Sequence record: PV261925.1
DNA length: 64,000 nt
Strand: one strand, 5' to 3'
Position numbers and translations under genes: made by a program
Shown here: positions 46,132 through 56,218 of the stretch, one piece after another
How positions within the stretch are numbered: the stretch's first letter is position 1
How the letters are laid out: every line of letters begins with the position of its first letter
Notes under the pieces: model-generated
What the model was told of the DNA's origin: nothing
Database searches by the model: none
What the model saw: the letters and a program-made list of their open reading frames with translations, nothing else

Positions 46132-46933
46132 AGTATTTTTTTAGATATGTTTGTGTTGAATAGTACTCCATTAATTGTTCTTTGTTCATCCTTTGAATCT
46201 TCTCCCACTCTGACATGTTAGATGCCATGTGAGGATTGGTGAACCAAGAGTTTGCACCACGTGCATGTTCAAGGTGATAAATGTAATCAGGTATCCTTCC
46301 TACTTTATAACCAAGTGTAGTGTATCTATAATACCTTTCTTTGTCCTCTGGAGCATAGGCCTTGAAGTTCTCATTCTCCATACCACCTTTGATGTAATCG
46401 GACCTTCTAAAGAACTGAACCCAACCAAAGTCAGAGTCATGAATCTTAGAGTTCGATTTCAAGATAGCATAGTCACATGATTCTAGGAAGTCTGAGACAA
46501 CATTATCACTTGCCTTCACTTGATACTGGAACATTCCCTGTCCATATGGATAAACCACATCGTAAATACCATCCATGATACCTCGATATGCCATCACATA
46601 TGAATTGATAGGAAGGATTGCATCACAGTCATAGTTGACCACAATCTCAGTATCAGCTTCCATAATCATTTCATTCAGAACCTTCTGTCTATGAAACAGT
46701 GGTTCATCACTCTGCTCAAAGATGTGTTTGACTTTTACATCAACATCTAGAATCTCTTTTAAAATAGGAAGGGCATCCCTTTCAAAGACAGACTCTGAAT
46801 CAACTTCCTTAATGATGATGTTGGTATCAAAGTTCTCTAAAAGAAATGCCGTAGTTGTAATTACATTCCTCAACCTATCAGGTGATTCGATTCTGATAGG
46901 AATAATAAATGTCGCTTGACTGAGGTCTATCAT
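46115..46933 (-). CDS. glycosyltransferase (GT2/GT7-like)
   Basis: TFIIPIR.ESPDRLRN; NYDCD DxD; GGMENENFKAYAPED; YHLEH. Confidence 0.75.
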   Translation of the reverse strand: MIDLSQATFIIPIRIESPDRLRNVITTTAFLLENFDTNIIIKEVDSESVFERDALPILKEILDVDVKVKHIFEQSDEPLFHRQKVLNEMIMEADTEIVVNYDCDAILPINSYVMAYRGIMDGIYDVVYPYGQGMFQYQVKASDNVVSDFLESCDYAILKSNSKIHDSDFGWVQFFRRSDYIKGGMENENFKAYAPEDKERYYRYTTLGYKVGRIPDYIYHLEHARGANSWFTNPHMASNMSEWEKIQRMNKEQLMEYYSTQTYLKKYYENFS

Positions 46934-47826
46934 AGTTGGGTTTTAATCCAGTCCAGAATATTTACTTTGGGTTTCCATGTGAGTTCTGTTTTTGCTTTAC
47001 GAATGTCTGCAAGTGTTTCTCTCATCTCACCAGGTCTACCAGATAGGAAGACTTGGTTATCATCAATGGCATTTGCAATCTCTTTGATACTCCAGTTCTC
47101 ACCATATCCAATATTATACACCTCACCCCAGTTGTCAAGTTCCTGGAAACTAATCAATGCATTAGCATCCACTACATCAGACACATGAATGAAGTCACGA
47201 CGTTGTAGACCATCACCATAGATTGTCAGAGGAAATCCTTCTCTCTTCATCTTCAAAAACTTACTAACTGCTGGTGCATATGTTCCAACGTGACGTGCTC
47301 TTTCACCATACACATTGGTATAACGGAATGCAACAGTCTTCATACCATACAGACCATAGTAAGCCTTGACCATCTGTTCACCAGATAGTTTACCAATAGC
47401 ATATGCATTAAGAGGGTCTTCTCTCATTACCTCACTGTTTGGAAGAGGATTTTTATTACCATATGCAGCAGACGTTGAAGAGTAGATAAACTTCTCAACA
47501 CCATGTTTACGTGCGGCTTCAAGAACATTGATTGTTCCCATGACCTGTGTCTCGATCGTAGGGATAGGATTATCTACAGATGCTTGTACACTAGCCTTTG
47601 CTGCAAGGTGGTACACATAATCTACATTCTTAAATACCTTTTCAATTGTTGAATAGTGTCTGATATCTTGATGATAGTTTCTTGCATCTTTATTCCAATA
47701 GTAATCATCATGACCATCAGATGATTCATTATCAATCACGATAACTTCGTGACCCATCTCAAGAAGTTTGTTGACAAGATGGCTTCCAATAAAACCAGCT
47801 CCACCAGTAACAAGTGACGTTCTCAT
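46930..47826 (-). CDS. NAD-dependent sugar epimerase (UDP-glucose 4-epimerase-like)
   Basis: VTGGAGFIGSHL; YHLAA; YAIGK; RRDFIHVSDV. Confidence 0.88.
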   Translation of the reverse strand: MRTSLVTGGAGFIGSHLVNKLLEMGHEVIVIDNESSDGHDDYYWNKDARNYHQDIRHYSTIEKVFKNVDYVYHLAAKASVQASVDNPIPTIETQVMGTINVLEAARKHGVEKFIYSSTSAAYGNKNPLPNSEVMREDPLNAYAIGKLSGEQMVKAYYGLYGMKTVAFRYTNVYGERARHVGTYAPAVSKFLKMKREGFPLTIYGDGLQRRDFIHVSDVVDANALISFQELDNWGEVYNIGYGENWSIKEIANAIDDNQVFLSGRPGEMRETLADIRKAKTELTWKPKVNILDWIKTQL

Positions 47827-48602
47827 AGTTTCTCAAAAATCCTATTCTTAAATGACTCTTCTACGTTCGATGGTTCTGGAATAATAACCTTGGGTTTACA
47901 GTCACCCAACCACCATGCAACCTCAGCAAATGTTGAAGCATACGTTCCAACAATTGTATCACACCTAGACAGTAACATCAAGTCAATGAATGCATCAACA
48001 CTAGCTTGTGTAGAAGTATTATGTCCTGACTCCGCCTTGTGAGGATGATTATATCTATCTTGTGAGTGAGTGATGATTCTATCACCATACTTGGTCTCAA
48101 AGTGTTTCAAGACATCATCGTTATCACCACACAAAAAGATTTTCTTATCTTTATCTAAACTATCAATAACATTCTCAAATAGTTCATTACTATGATACTT
48201 GCGGCGATCACAATACCAGGACCTGATGTGAAGACCAATGACTCCATCCCAGTCTTTTGTGAAGTCATCAACGTATTCTAGAATATCTTTATTAATTTTA
48301 AGATACTTGAATGCCTTCTTGTATTCCTCAACAAAATGTTCTGGAGTCTTGTCATACAGAAGGTCAATGTGTTTGTATTCAGTTTTATATTTGTCTTCAC
48401 CTGGAACAGTTGCAAGTCTCCAGTTGTCATAACATGGAAACGTATTTAATTCCTCATCAGTTGCGACTCTGATGTCATCAAAGATATACGCATCTGCATC
48501 TTTAGTGGTCAATGCTTGTTTGAAAGTCCTTAGAATAGACACATAGTTCTTAATTCTATTTGCAAGACCAGGTGAACCATTATGAATTGCAACTTCAATC
48601 AT
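47823..48602 (-). CDS. O-fucosyltransferase-like GT-B glycosyltransferase (NodZ/GT23-like)
   Basis: GLANRI; IGLHIRSW; IFLCGDN; AFIDLMLLSRCD..VGTYASTFA. Confidence 0.7.
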   Translation of the reverse strand: MIEVAIHNGSPGLANRIKNYVSILRTFKQALTTKDADAYIFDDIRVATDEELNTFPCYDNWRLATVPGEDKYKTEYKHIDLLYDKTPEHFVEEYKKAFKYLKINKDILEYVDDFTKDWDGVIGLHIRSWYCDRRKYHSNELFENVIDSLDKDKKIFLCGDNDDVLKHFETKYGDRIITHSQDRYNHPHKAESGHNTSTQASVDAFIDLMLLSRCDTIVGTYASTFAEVAWWLGDCKPKVIIPEPSNVEESFKNRIFEKL

Positions 48603-49405
48603 GACTTAATAACCTCCCAGGACTCGGGTAACAGATCCTGTGTACTGATATGCTGTAAACCACTACCATACCATACATCAGGACAAATGACACGTTTGTC
48701 TGGGTTCTGAGATAGGTATGCTCCCCACCAGGAGAATGTAGAGTTGGAGATGATGTGATCACTACACTTAGACAACAGACACATATCAAAGTGTGATTTA
48801 TCTACACTGACTGTGATGTCATTGAAGTAGAAGTTATCACCCTTGAATACTTCTTGTTCCTCACACAACTTCAGATTGTTTGAACAGATAATATATGGTC
48901 TGTCTTTACCTAGGATATCAATTGCTCTCTCCCAATATTCCCATGGAAGATTACGATGATTGTTTGATGCACCAGGATAATCAAAGTGATTGTTGTATTC
49001 TCTCACACAAATAGATACAGGACTCTCACTCAAGATGTCTCCCCAGTTGTAGTCAACGGCTGAGATTACTTCTTCCTTGAATCTAAAGTCCCACTTCAGT
49101 TGTCTCCATGCATCCTTGAAATATTTGTCACTCTGAAAGTAACCATTCAGGTGAGTGTGATTAGGACAATGATCGTACAGTTCTTGACAGAATTCATGAG
49201 AGTCATGGAGTTCTACTTCATCACCATCGATAAGTCCAAACCTACCACCACAGTGGAGCATCTCAAAACAATTAATTAGTTCAGTCCCTTCAGGAATGAC
49301 AAAATCATATCCACGATTCTTTGCAATACCAACCAGTGCAGCATACTGGAACATCTGATTACCAATCCTTCCGTTCCGTCCCAGGTTGTTCATACCGATG
49401 GTCAT
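48599..49405 (-). CDS. GT11 glycosyltransferase
   Basis: GRIGNQMFQYA; GYFQSDKYF; IISNSTFSWWGAYL. Confidence 0.88.
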   Translation of the reverse strand: MTIGMNNLGRNGRIGNQMFQYAALVGIAKNRGYDFVIPEGTELINCFEMLHCGGRFGLIDGDEVELHDSHEFCQELYDHCPNHTHLNGYFQSDKYFKDAWRQLKWDFRFKEEVISAVDYNWGDILSESPVSICVREYNNHFDYPGASNNHRNLPWEYWERAIDILGKDRPYIICSNNLKLCEEQEVFKGDNFYFNDITVSVDKSHFDMCLLSKCSDHIISNSTFSWWGAYLSQNPDKRVICPDVWYGSGLQHISTQDLLPESWEVIKS

Positions 49406-50229
49406 AATTTGATCTCCTTATTTTGTTCTGCCAGTGTTGTATCAGTTATATCACCTACGTCAAGTGAATAGAATGTGTGCCAACCTCTCGCGTTAGCTGC
49501 GTACCAGTTATTTAAAGCACCCCTAGTCATCTTGATCTTCTCCCAGAACTCACGAGATTGGATCTGATAGTGGTTGTTTAGGATCTCGGGATCATCTGGT
49601 CTCCCTACAAATGACAGATTGATTGTAGGACCAGCTGTAAATATCTTATGAATGTTGAAGTTGGTAACACCAAACTTTGTATTTGCAATCTGTTTTGGTG
49701 CCCAGAGGTTGAACCACTCGGGTTCCTCTTGACCAGATCCCGCACATCGTGATCGGTGAGTCATCCATACCCTATCCCCGAACTCCGCACGAGATGTAAA
49801 ATTCTGAACGAGACCACCAGTAGGATGGTAAAGATGATCGTTACTATTAAACCATACCCAGTTGGTTTCGACGGTTCCATAGTCCTCGTACTTTCGTAAG
49901 ATTTCCTTAAGATTTATTGTCTTTGGACTATATAGAAATTCATCTAGATCAATTTGTGCAATCCATTGAGTTTCGTTACAAACAGGTAGAAAGAATTTAT
50001 TGTTTACATCAGTCTGCCTACCAGTGTATCTCTCTGTGATGTCATTTTGGAAGAGAGTAACAAAGCCTTCACGAATGAAAGGTTCAAGAATAGGCATGTA
50101 CTCGTCATCACTGAAGTCGTTGACCAGATAGATGTGATCAACACCATGATGCTTATAATGTAGAATCCACTCTTTAAGATTCCAGCTTTCATTTTTGAAT
50201 ACTGATGCAACTGATAGGTAGTGTTTCAT
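49402..50229 (-). CDS. glycosyltransferase family 92 / GT2-like
   Basis: LSVASVFKNE...LKEWILHY...GVDHIYLVNDFSDD; IDLDEF; NHY. Confidence 0.75.
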   Translation of the reverse strand: MKHYLSVASVFKNESWNLKEWILHYKHHGVDHIYLVNDFSDDEYMPILEPFIREGFVTLFQNDITERYTGRQTDVNNKFFLPVCNETQWIAQIDLDEFLYSPKTINLKEILRKYEDYGTVETNWVWFNSNDHLYHPTGGLVQNFTSRAEFGDRVWMTHRSRCAGSGQEEPEWFNLWAPKQIANTKFGVTNFNIHKIFTAGPTINLSFVGRPDDPEILNNHYQIQSREFWEKIKMTRGALNNWYAANARGWHTFYSLDVGDITDTTLAEQNKEIKL

Positions 50230-50939
50230 AATGTGATACCGTGTTTCTTTCTACAATATTCAAATTCTTTCTGTACTACTTCGTCACTAATTGTGGAGGA
50301 TAGTGCATCCTTATTCACTCTTTGAGTCATCAGACAGTCATTGAGATAATAACAATCACCGTACTTAGTCCTCAATGAATAGTAGAAATCAATGTCCAGT
50401 AACATACATGTCTTAGGATCCCACCTTACATCCATGTCTTTGTTCTTGTAAGAGATAACAGCAACACCACTCATGGTATTGTTACCTCTTGCTCTCAACA
50501 TATTGTCATTCCATCTTGGCATTAGGAATGTATCAAATGTTCTACCATCATCTCTGGTGTGATTAGTTCCACAAACTAACCACATCTTATCAGAGTTCAT
50601 CAATGCATTGTAAGTTTTCTCCAATGCATCTTTGGTATAGAAGTAGTCATCCATGAACATCATCTTGACAACCTCACCCTTGGCAAGATCCATTCCAATG
50701 TTCATATTGGTTGCAACATCACCTCTATGTTCTTCATCTCTGAAGTAGATGATATTGAGATCAAAGATATTGTCATTACAAAAATCTTCAATCTCTGTAT
50801 CAACACTCTGGTCAGTAACAATAACTTCTACTTCTTTGAGTGTTTGTTGTGAGATGGTTCGAAACATATCAGAGAGATATCTGACACCCTTACCACCATA
50901 CTCATAACAAGGGATGACTACAGATACCTTTATTTCCAT
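50226..50939 (-). CDS. glycosyltransferase family 2
   Basis: VSVVIPCYE; EVIVTDQS; MMFMDD. Confidence 0.85.
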   Translation of the reverse strand: MEIKVSVVIPCYEYGGKGVRYLSDMFRTISQQTLKEVEVIVTDQSVDTEIEDFCNDNIFDLNIIYFRDEEHRGDVATNMNIGMDLAKGEVVKMMFMDDYFYTKDALEKTYNALMNSDKMWLVCGTNHTRDDGRTFDTFLMPRWNDNMLRARGNNTMSGVAVISYKNKDMDVRWDPKTCMLLDIDFYYSLRTKYGDCYYLNDCLMTQRVNKDALSSTISDEVVQKEFEYCRKKHGITL

Positions 50940-51613
50940 ACCTTCACACCAGCACTGATACCATCCTCATAGATTTCAAACTTGTATCCGTGTTTGGTCA
51001 ACCACTCTCGGAAAGCCTTTCTCTCATGGTGATCATAGTCAGGTTCATGACCATGCCAGTCATCAAATCGAAAGTACAGTTGATCCCACTCACACTTATC
51101 AATGAACTTAAATGCGGAGACGGTTGGTTCGTAGATGTCCAGGTCAATATGAATTGCACCGACCTTACCAATACCAAAGTCAGATGGTTCTTTCTCTACC
51201 ATCTCATGAACATCTTCAACAAAGATCTTGATGTTCGGTGAGACAGAACACTTTCTCTTAACATCTTCTACAGTCTTAGGGATCCAGGTATATGAGGGAT
51301 CACCAATACGGAATGCACCCTCTGCCCATCCAGCATACGATGGTGTGGGTTGCTGTGTGACCTCCAGACCTTTGAAGTGGTCGAAACCAAAGACCTTACG
51401 GGATGGATTCTTCTGTCCGATAGGAAGGATTGTACCACCACTACAGACACCGAACTCTAGAATATCTCCTTCTCCTCCAAGCTCTTCAATACGTTCTGCA
51501 AAGGTAACGTGATTGAGAGTGTAAGATGCTGTGTTGTTATCAGTTCTCTTTGGACCTTCAGGAAACACATTATCCTCCTCAACAAAGGAGGGTGCATTAT
51601 AAACAAATGACAT
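50930..51613 (-). CDS. TylF/MycF-like sugar O-methyltransferase
   Basis: ILEFGVCSG; VFGFDHFKGL; IHIDLDIYE; FDDW; start moved to MSFVYN. Confidence 0.75.
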   Translation of the reverse strand: MSFVYNAPSFVEEDNVFPEGPKRTDNNTASYTLNHVTFAERIEELGGEGDILEFGVCSGGTILPIGQKNPSRKVFGFDHFKGLEVTQQPTPSYAGWAEGAFRIGDPSYTWIPKTVEDVKRKCSVSPNIKIFVEDVHEMVEKEPSDFGIGKVGAIHIDLDIYEPTVSAFKFIDKCEWDQLYFRFDDWHGHEPDYDHHERKAFREWLTKHGYKFEIYEDGISAGVKVWK

Positions 51614-51635
51614 AGTAATAATGAATTTGAAATAT

Positions 51636-52358
51636 TTATCGGGGGTTGTAACCCTCCACCTCAATACCAGGGGGAAGATTATTATGAAAACCAAAGGGAA
51701 TTATACCACGATTCTCAGGAACAGGGGACTCGTATGAGAAGAACTTTGCAATCTCAATAGGAGCAATTTTACACCCACACTTCTCATATAAGTGTTTGTT
51801 ATGTACTGTGATGTTACCGTCTTCATTTGTATTGTTACTACCGAACATCTTATAGAAGTCTGGTGCAACCTCTGCACACTTGAATGGAATCCATGTATGT
51901 GTTGGTACCTCTAATAGTTTCTTTGATCTGAAAGAGAACCCACCATTACCTACCCTTTGATGTTCTCCAAACGGGGTGACGTACGCTCTTTCTCGTAGGG
52001 GCCAGGGAGCACCAATGTAATCATAATCAAAAAACTCATCCATCCAAGCATCAGGATTAAGTATGAACGCGTGATCTTGGATGGTGAGAACATAATCAGT
52101 ATCAATATGTTTATGAAGACGATATAGCATATAGTAACTATAATCATCAATGTTGTTGATTGGTTTTGTAAGCTCCTCTACTAAAATACCATCAGAGGAC
52201 AGTTCCTCCTTGTACTTAGTGACATACTCAGGGGTGGTGACTAGCTTGACATCCCCAAAGTTTGCAACACTTTTACAAGTGTGAAGTGCCTTGATGGTTT
52301 CTTCTATTCGATTTGTGTTATCAATCGCAAAGCATGTAACTCTGGATAGATCAACCAT
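51636..52358 (-). CDS. DUF5672-like putative glycosyltransferase
   Basis: VLTIQDHAFILNPDAW.DEFFDYDYIGAPW...VGNGGFSFRSKKLL...NED...FGFH. Confidence 0.7.
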   Translation of the reverse strand: MVDLSRVTCFAIDNTNRIEETIKALHTCKSVANFGDVKLVTTPEYVTKYKEELSSDGILVEELTKPINNIDDYSYYMLYRLHKHIDTDYVLTIQDHAFILNPDAWMDEFFDYDYIGAPWPLRERAYVTPFGEHQRVGNGGFSFRSKKLLEVPTHTWIPFKCAEVAPDFYKMFGSNNTNEDGNITVHNKHLYEKCGCKIAPIEIAKFFSYESPVPENRGIIPFGFHNNLPPGIEVEGYNPR

Positions 52359-53646
52359 TCTTGAAATCCTCTACTACTTGTCCAATGTAATCAATCATAT
52401 CATCAGTGATGACAGGAGAACAACCAAGGAAGAATACTGTGTTAAGAACCTTATTCGCTTCAGGATACTTCATGGCATCATCAAGATGTGAGTAACCAGG
52501 ATGAAGAAGGATATTACCAGCAAAGTAATTACGAGTCTGAACTTTGTTCTTCTCAAGGTGAGCGACAAGAGAGTGTTTCAGTTTCTTGTCATCACATACA
52601 ATAGGAACACCAAACCAACTGGTTTCACTGTCTTCACGTTCGTTGACAACACGACAACCAGGAATAGTCTCGATGATCTTTTGAATCCTCTCCTTGTTCT
52701 TTCTCCTCAGATTATGAATCTCATCAAACTTCAGGAGTTGAACTGAACCAACAGCACCCTGCATGTCAAGGGGTTTCAGGTTATAACCCATCTGTGAGAA
52801 CACATACTTGTGATCCACAACATCTTCATAACCATCCAACCAAGTGTCAAATCGACGACCACAGACACCATTAGAGAGGAGATTTTGTTGTCCAACACAA
52901 TAACAACCACGACCCCACCAAGCAAAACTACGAGCCAGGTCTACAATCCCTTTGATATTTGACGATACCATACCACCCTCGATGGTACAGATGTGGTGTG
53001 CAGGATAGAAAGAACAAGATGCAGCCACTGCATGTTTGGTCAGGTAGTCACCTTTGTACTTACTTCCAAGACTGTCACAGTTATCTGCAATGATATGGAT
53101 GTCTTTACTCTTACAGATGTCAACTAGACGATCAAGATCATATGCATTACCAAGAACAGGAGAAGAGAACACCGCACGAGTCTTTGATGTGATCTTCTCC
53201 TCAACCTGATCCATATTCCAGTTCAGATCATCCCAGTTGATGTCAACAAAAACTGGTTTCAAACCATTCTGTACCAGTGGAGCAATGGTAGTAGCAAAAC
53301 CACAGGAACATACGATGACCTCATCACCATCTTCCCACCCGAAGTATTTCTTCAGAGCAGCAATCATCACCAGGTTTGCTGATGAACCAGAGTTGACCAT
53401 GACAGAATGATCGAAACCAAACCTGTCAGAGAACTCTTTCTCAAACTTGTTTACCTTCTCACCAGAAGACAACCACTTACCTTTCAGTGTAGCATAGATA
53501 AGTTCTTGGATCTCTAGATCATTCCAATATGGACCAGAGTAGTAGACATTATTACCTGGCTTCCAATCCTTATTAGCCATGAAGGGAAAGACGTTATCGT
53601 CCATCTCTTTGGCGTCTTGGATGAAGTTCTCAATCAGTTGGTACAT
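52351..53646 (-). CDS. rfbH: NDP-4-keto-6-deoxyhexose 3-dehydrase (RfbH/DdhC E1-type, DegT family)
   Basis: MVNSGSSAN; ADNCDSLG; SFYPAHH (His at the Schiff-base Lys position); WGRGCYC...C [2Fe-2S] motif; TRNYFAGN. Confidence 0.85.
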   Translation of the reverse strand: MYQLIENFIQDAKEMDDNVFPFMANKDWKPGNNVYYSGPYWNDLEIQELIYATLKGKWLSSGEKVNKFEKEFSDRFGFDHSVMVNSGSSANLVMIAALKKYFGWEDGDEVIVCSCGFATTIAPLVQNGLKPVFVDINWDDLNWNMDQVEEKITSKTRAVFSSPVLGNAYDLDRLVDICKSKDIHIIADNCDSLGSKYKGDYLTKHAVAASCSFYPAHHICTIEGGMVSSNIKGIVDLARSFAWWGRGCYCVGQQNLLSNGVCGRRFDTWLDGYEDVVDHKYVFSQMGYNLKPLDMQGAVGSVQLLKFDEIHNLRRKNKERIQKIIETIPGCRVVNEREDSETSWFGVPIVCDDKKLKHSLVAHLEKNKVQTRNYFAGNILLHPGYSHLDDAMKYPEANKVLNTVFFLGCSPVITDDMIDYIGQVVEDFKNG

Positions 53647-53647
53647 A

Positions 53648-54622
53648 TTATTCTACAGTTTGATTTCTAGTATACAACGGACTCTTAATCCTGTAAACAT
53701 CCCATTCCTTCTCACACTCTGTGCCAGAGAACTCTTTACCATCTCTATCGATGTAGTCCCAGGTTGGTACAATCATATCATCACCACGCCACCATCCATC
53801 AGATGTCTTGTGGTCGAACCAATACTTAGGAGCGATTACTTTTTTAACTTCTTCACTTGTCCATACAGGCCAGAAAGAAAATGTCGATGCAGACATAATT
53901 ACATTCCTAGCATTATATAGGATCGACCAATCAACCCCAATATTACCACCCTTATACTTGAAGAATCCAGTTCCTTGTTCGATATCTTCTTGTTCAGAAA
54001 GAGTGGTGGCACCTACAACCTTTGCCCATGGGATGAACTTGTTTGCATTCTCAGGATCATCTGTGACAACCACAAATTTCATATTGGGATTGTATTCCAA
54101 CATACGATCACGTGCATTCTCATAGAACTTAGGTTCCAACCATGAAGCAGTGATCAAATACTCACCACCACGGAAGTGAATTACACAAGTATCATCGTCA
54201 GAGTAATCTCGGACATCAATATTAGTCTTCAACCATTCTCGGATGGTACTCTTTTGACCATCTAGGTATGACAGACATTGAAATAATCCATCAATCTTTG
54301 AATTGTCAGGTAGATTATTCCAAAGACCAGGATCAAAGAAGATACCATCATGTCCACACTGAGGAAGAGGGACAGACTGCTCACGAATATAGTGTTTAAT
54401 ACCTTGTGGGAGAGATGCAGGTTGTTGTCCTTCCCGTGGTGTAGAACCACCAATAACTTCCTCACCAAAGTCGAAGTCAGGCATAAAGTTCTTTGCCTTG
54501 AATGGAGTGGTCTTCATGACACCCCACTTATATCCATGTCTGCGTGCAAGGATCTTTGATACGACAAGGTTCCAGATCTGGTTACCCAGTCCAGAACCCC
54601 TATAGATTTCAGTAACGATCAT
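53648..54622 (-). CDS. GT11-like glycosyltransferase
   Basis: GLGNQIW; IHFRGGEY; VTDD; SASTFSFW; IAPKYW. Confidence 0.8.
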   Translation of the reverse strand: MIVTEIYRGSGLGNQIWNLVVSKILARRHGYKWGVMKTTPFKAKNFMPDFDFGEEVIGGSTPREGQQPASLPQGIKHYIREQSVPLPQCGHDGIFFDPGLWNNLPDNSKIDGLFQCLSYLDGQKSTIREWLKTNIDVRDYSDDDTCVIHFRGGEYLITASWLEPKFYENARDRMLEYNPNMKFVVVTDDPENANKFIPWAKVVGATTLSEQEDIEQGTGFFKYKGGNIGVDWSILYNARNVIMSASTFSFWPVWTSEEVKKVIAPKYWFDHKTSDGWWRGDDMIVPTWDYIDRDGKEFSGTECEKEWDVYRIKSPLYTRNQTVE

Positions 54623-55503
54623 TTGATTAGATAAGAATACTTCTCTTGGTTGTCAAGTAAATACTGAGGGAATCGATCTTCGTCAAAGTGACAGATACAA
54701 TAGGATGCATTGTCTTGACCAAGTGGTGATCTACCATCCTTAAGTCTTTGTTCCAACTCACCAATCAGTCTATCATTATTCAACTCAGTGTGTGCTGAAG
54801 ATTTAATCTTCTTCATCACTCGATCATACATGGTAGTCTCTTCATCACTACCAACCGTGCTCCAGTGCCAACCACCAGGATAGATCCTAAGATTATTCTC
54901 TTGAGGAAGTTCACGTCTCATACCAGTCAGAGTGTACTTCTTCAGTGTGGCAAAGTCACACATCTTTGTACCAATCCAACGAGGACCCTCTTCTTCATAA
55001 GAGAAATCTTTGGTTTGAGAATGAATCGTACCACTGGTCTCGAACCAGTTCAGTGCAGCTTGATAGTTGTCTTGTGCAAAGTTGTAGACAGTACCAGGTT
55101 TGTAGAATGATTCATACTGTTCAATGACTTCAGGATTAGGTACCTCATCCAAATCACTCCAGATGATGATGTCTTCATCAGAACAATGTTCCTTCAATAC
55201 ATCCATGATACTATCTTTGTAGTATGTGTCCCTCATGAAGGACTCTCTCTTCACGTTGTATTGAATACCTTTTGCTTGAAGTTCTTCTTGAGAAGGTTCT
55301 TCAATCTTGGTGTAGATAATCTTATCTTTGAACTTCTTGAATCTCTTGTCAGTCTTTTTAAAGATATACCCCTTATCTTCACCAGAGAAAGTTTTACTAC
55401 CCTCACTGAATACAAAGTAATCAACATATGGATCAAGAAGATTCATACGAATCTCCAACAGATCTAACTCATAACCAAAAAGAAATACGTCAAATACTTT
55501 CAT
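54619..55503 (-). CDS. glycosyltransferase family 17-like
   Basis: FDVFLFGYELDLLEIRMNLLDPYVDYFV..E...TFSG..K; SDLDEVP; GGWHWS. Confidence 0.8.
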   Translation of the reverse strand: MKVFDVFLFGYELDLLEIRMNLLDPYVDYFVFSEGSKTFSGEDKGYIFKKTDKRFKKFKDKIIYTKIEEPSQEELQAKGIQYNVKRESFMRDTYYKDSIMDVLKEHCSDEDIIIWSDLDEVPNPEVIEQYESFYKPGTVYNFAQDNYQAALNWFETSGTIHSQTKDFSYEEEGPRWIGTKMCDFATLKKYTLTGMRRELPQENNLRIYPGGWHWSTVGSDEETTMYDRVMKKIKSSAHTELNNDRLIGELEQRLKDGRSPLGQDNASYCICHFDEDRFPQYLLDNQEKYSYLIK

Positions 55504-55504
55504 G

Positions 55505-56218
55505 TCAGTCTCTCAGTTTAAACAATGCATCACCACCCATCACATCAGTGTATGGCCAGTTCTGTGCTAGATCATATCCAGGAAGCAGATCTGAAACAGT
55601 CTGAAGGTTAGTTGCACCTTCATACATTTCTTCTTCATGATACTCGGTGTAGATATAATCAATCTTACCGATCATATTCTTTGCACCAAGGAACACTTCC
55701 TTCTCTGCACCTTGAACATCCATCCACAAGAAGTCGATGTGTTCAATACCATTCTCTTCACAGAATGAATCAAGACTACGAGTAGAGACTGTAATCTTCT
55801 CATCGTATTTGATGAATGGCCAACGGTTACCCTTTGGACCACCATCAATGATAGTCTTTGGTTCGTAGATAGAACCAGAGTACCTACCAAAGTCTACACC
55901 ACCATCAGGTGCATTGACATTCCTAGAACGTGTGAATGTGGTTACACCATCCTGTGCTGCAATTGCCGCAGGAGTGAATGTGTGACGACTATCAGAACGA
56001 AGGTTGTCATTAGTTACACCTTTGACATCTTTACCACCAGGTGTTGACATCGCTTTGATATTGGTGGGGTCAGGATCAAACGTATACAGTTTCAGATTAG
56101 GACCAAACTGTCGAAGAAATTCCTTCGAGTCAGTACCATCTGCACATCCCACCTCGAAGATAACCACAGACTCACGGTTACCTACCATCTCATGAATTTT
56201 ATCAATTGCTAGTCCCAT
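55505..56218 (-). CDS. FkbM-family methyltransferase
   Basis: IFEVGCADG; LDSF...IDFLWMDVQGAE..VFLGA. Confidence 0.85.
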   Translation of the reverse strand: MGLAIDKIHEMVGNRESVVIFEVGCADGTDSKEFLRQFGPNLKLYTFDPDPTNIKAMSTPGGKDVKGVTNDNLRSDSRHTFTPAAIAAQDGVTTFTRSRNVNAPDGGVDFGRYSGSIYEPKTIIDGGPKGNRWPFIKYDEKITVSTRSLDSFCEENGIEHIDFLWMDVQGAEKEVFLGAKNMIGKIDYIYTEYHEEEMYEGATNLQTVSDLLPGYDLAQNWPYTDVMGGDALFKLRD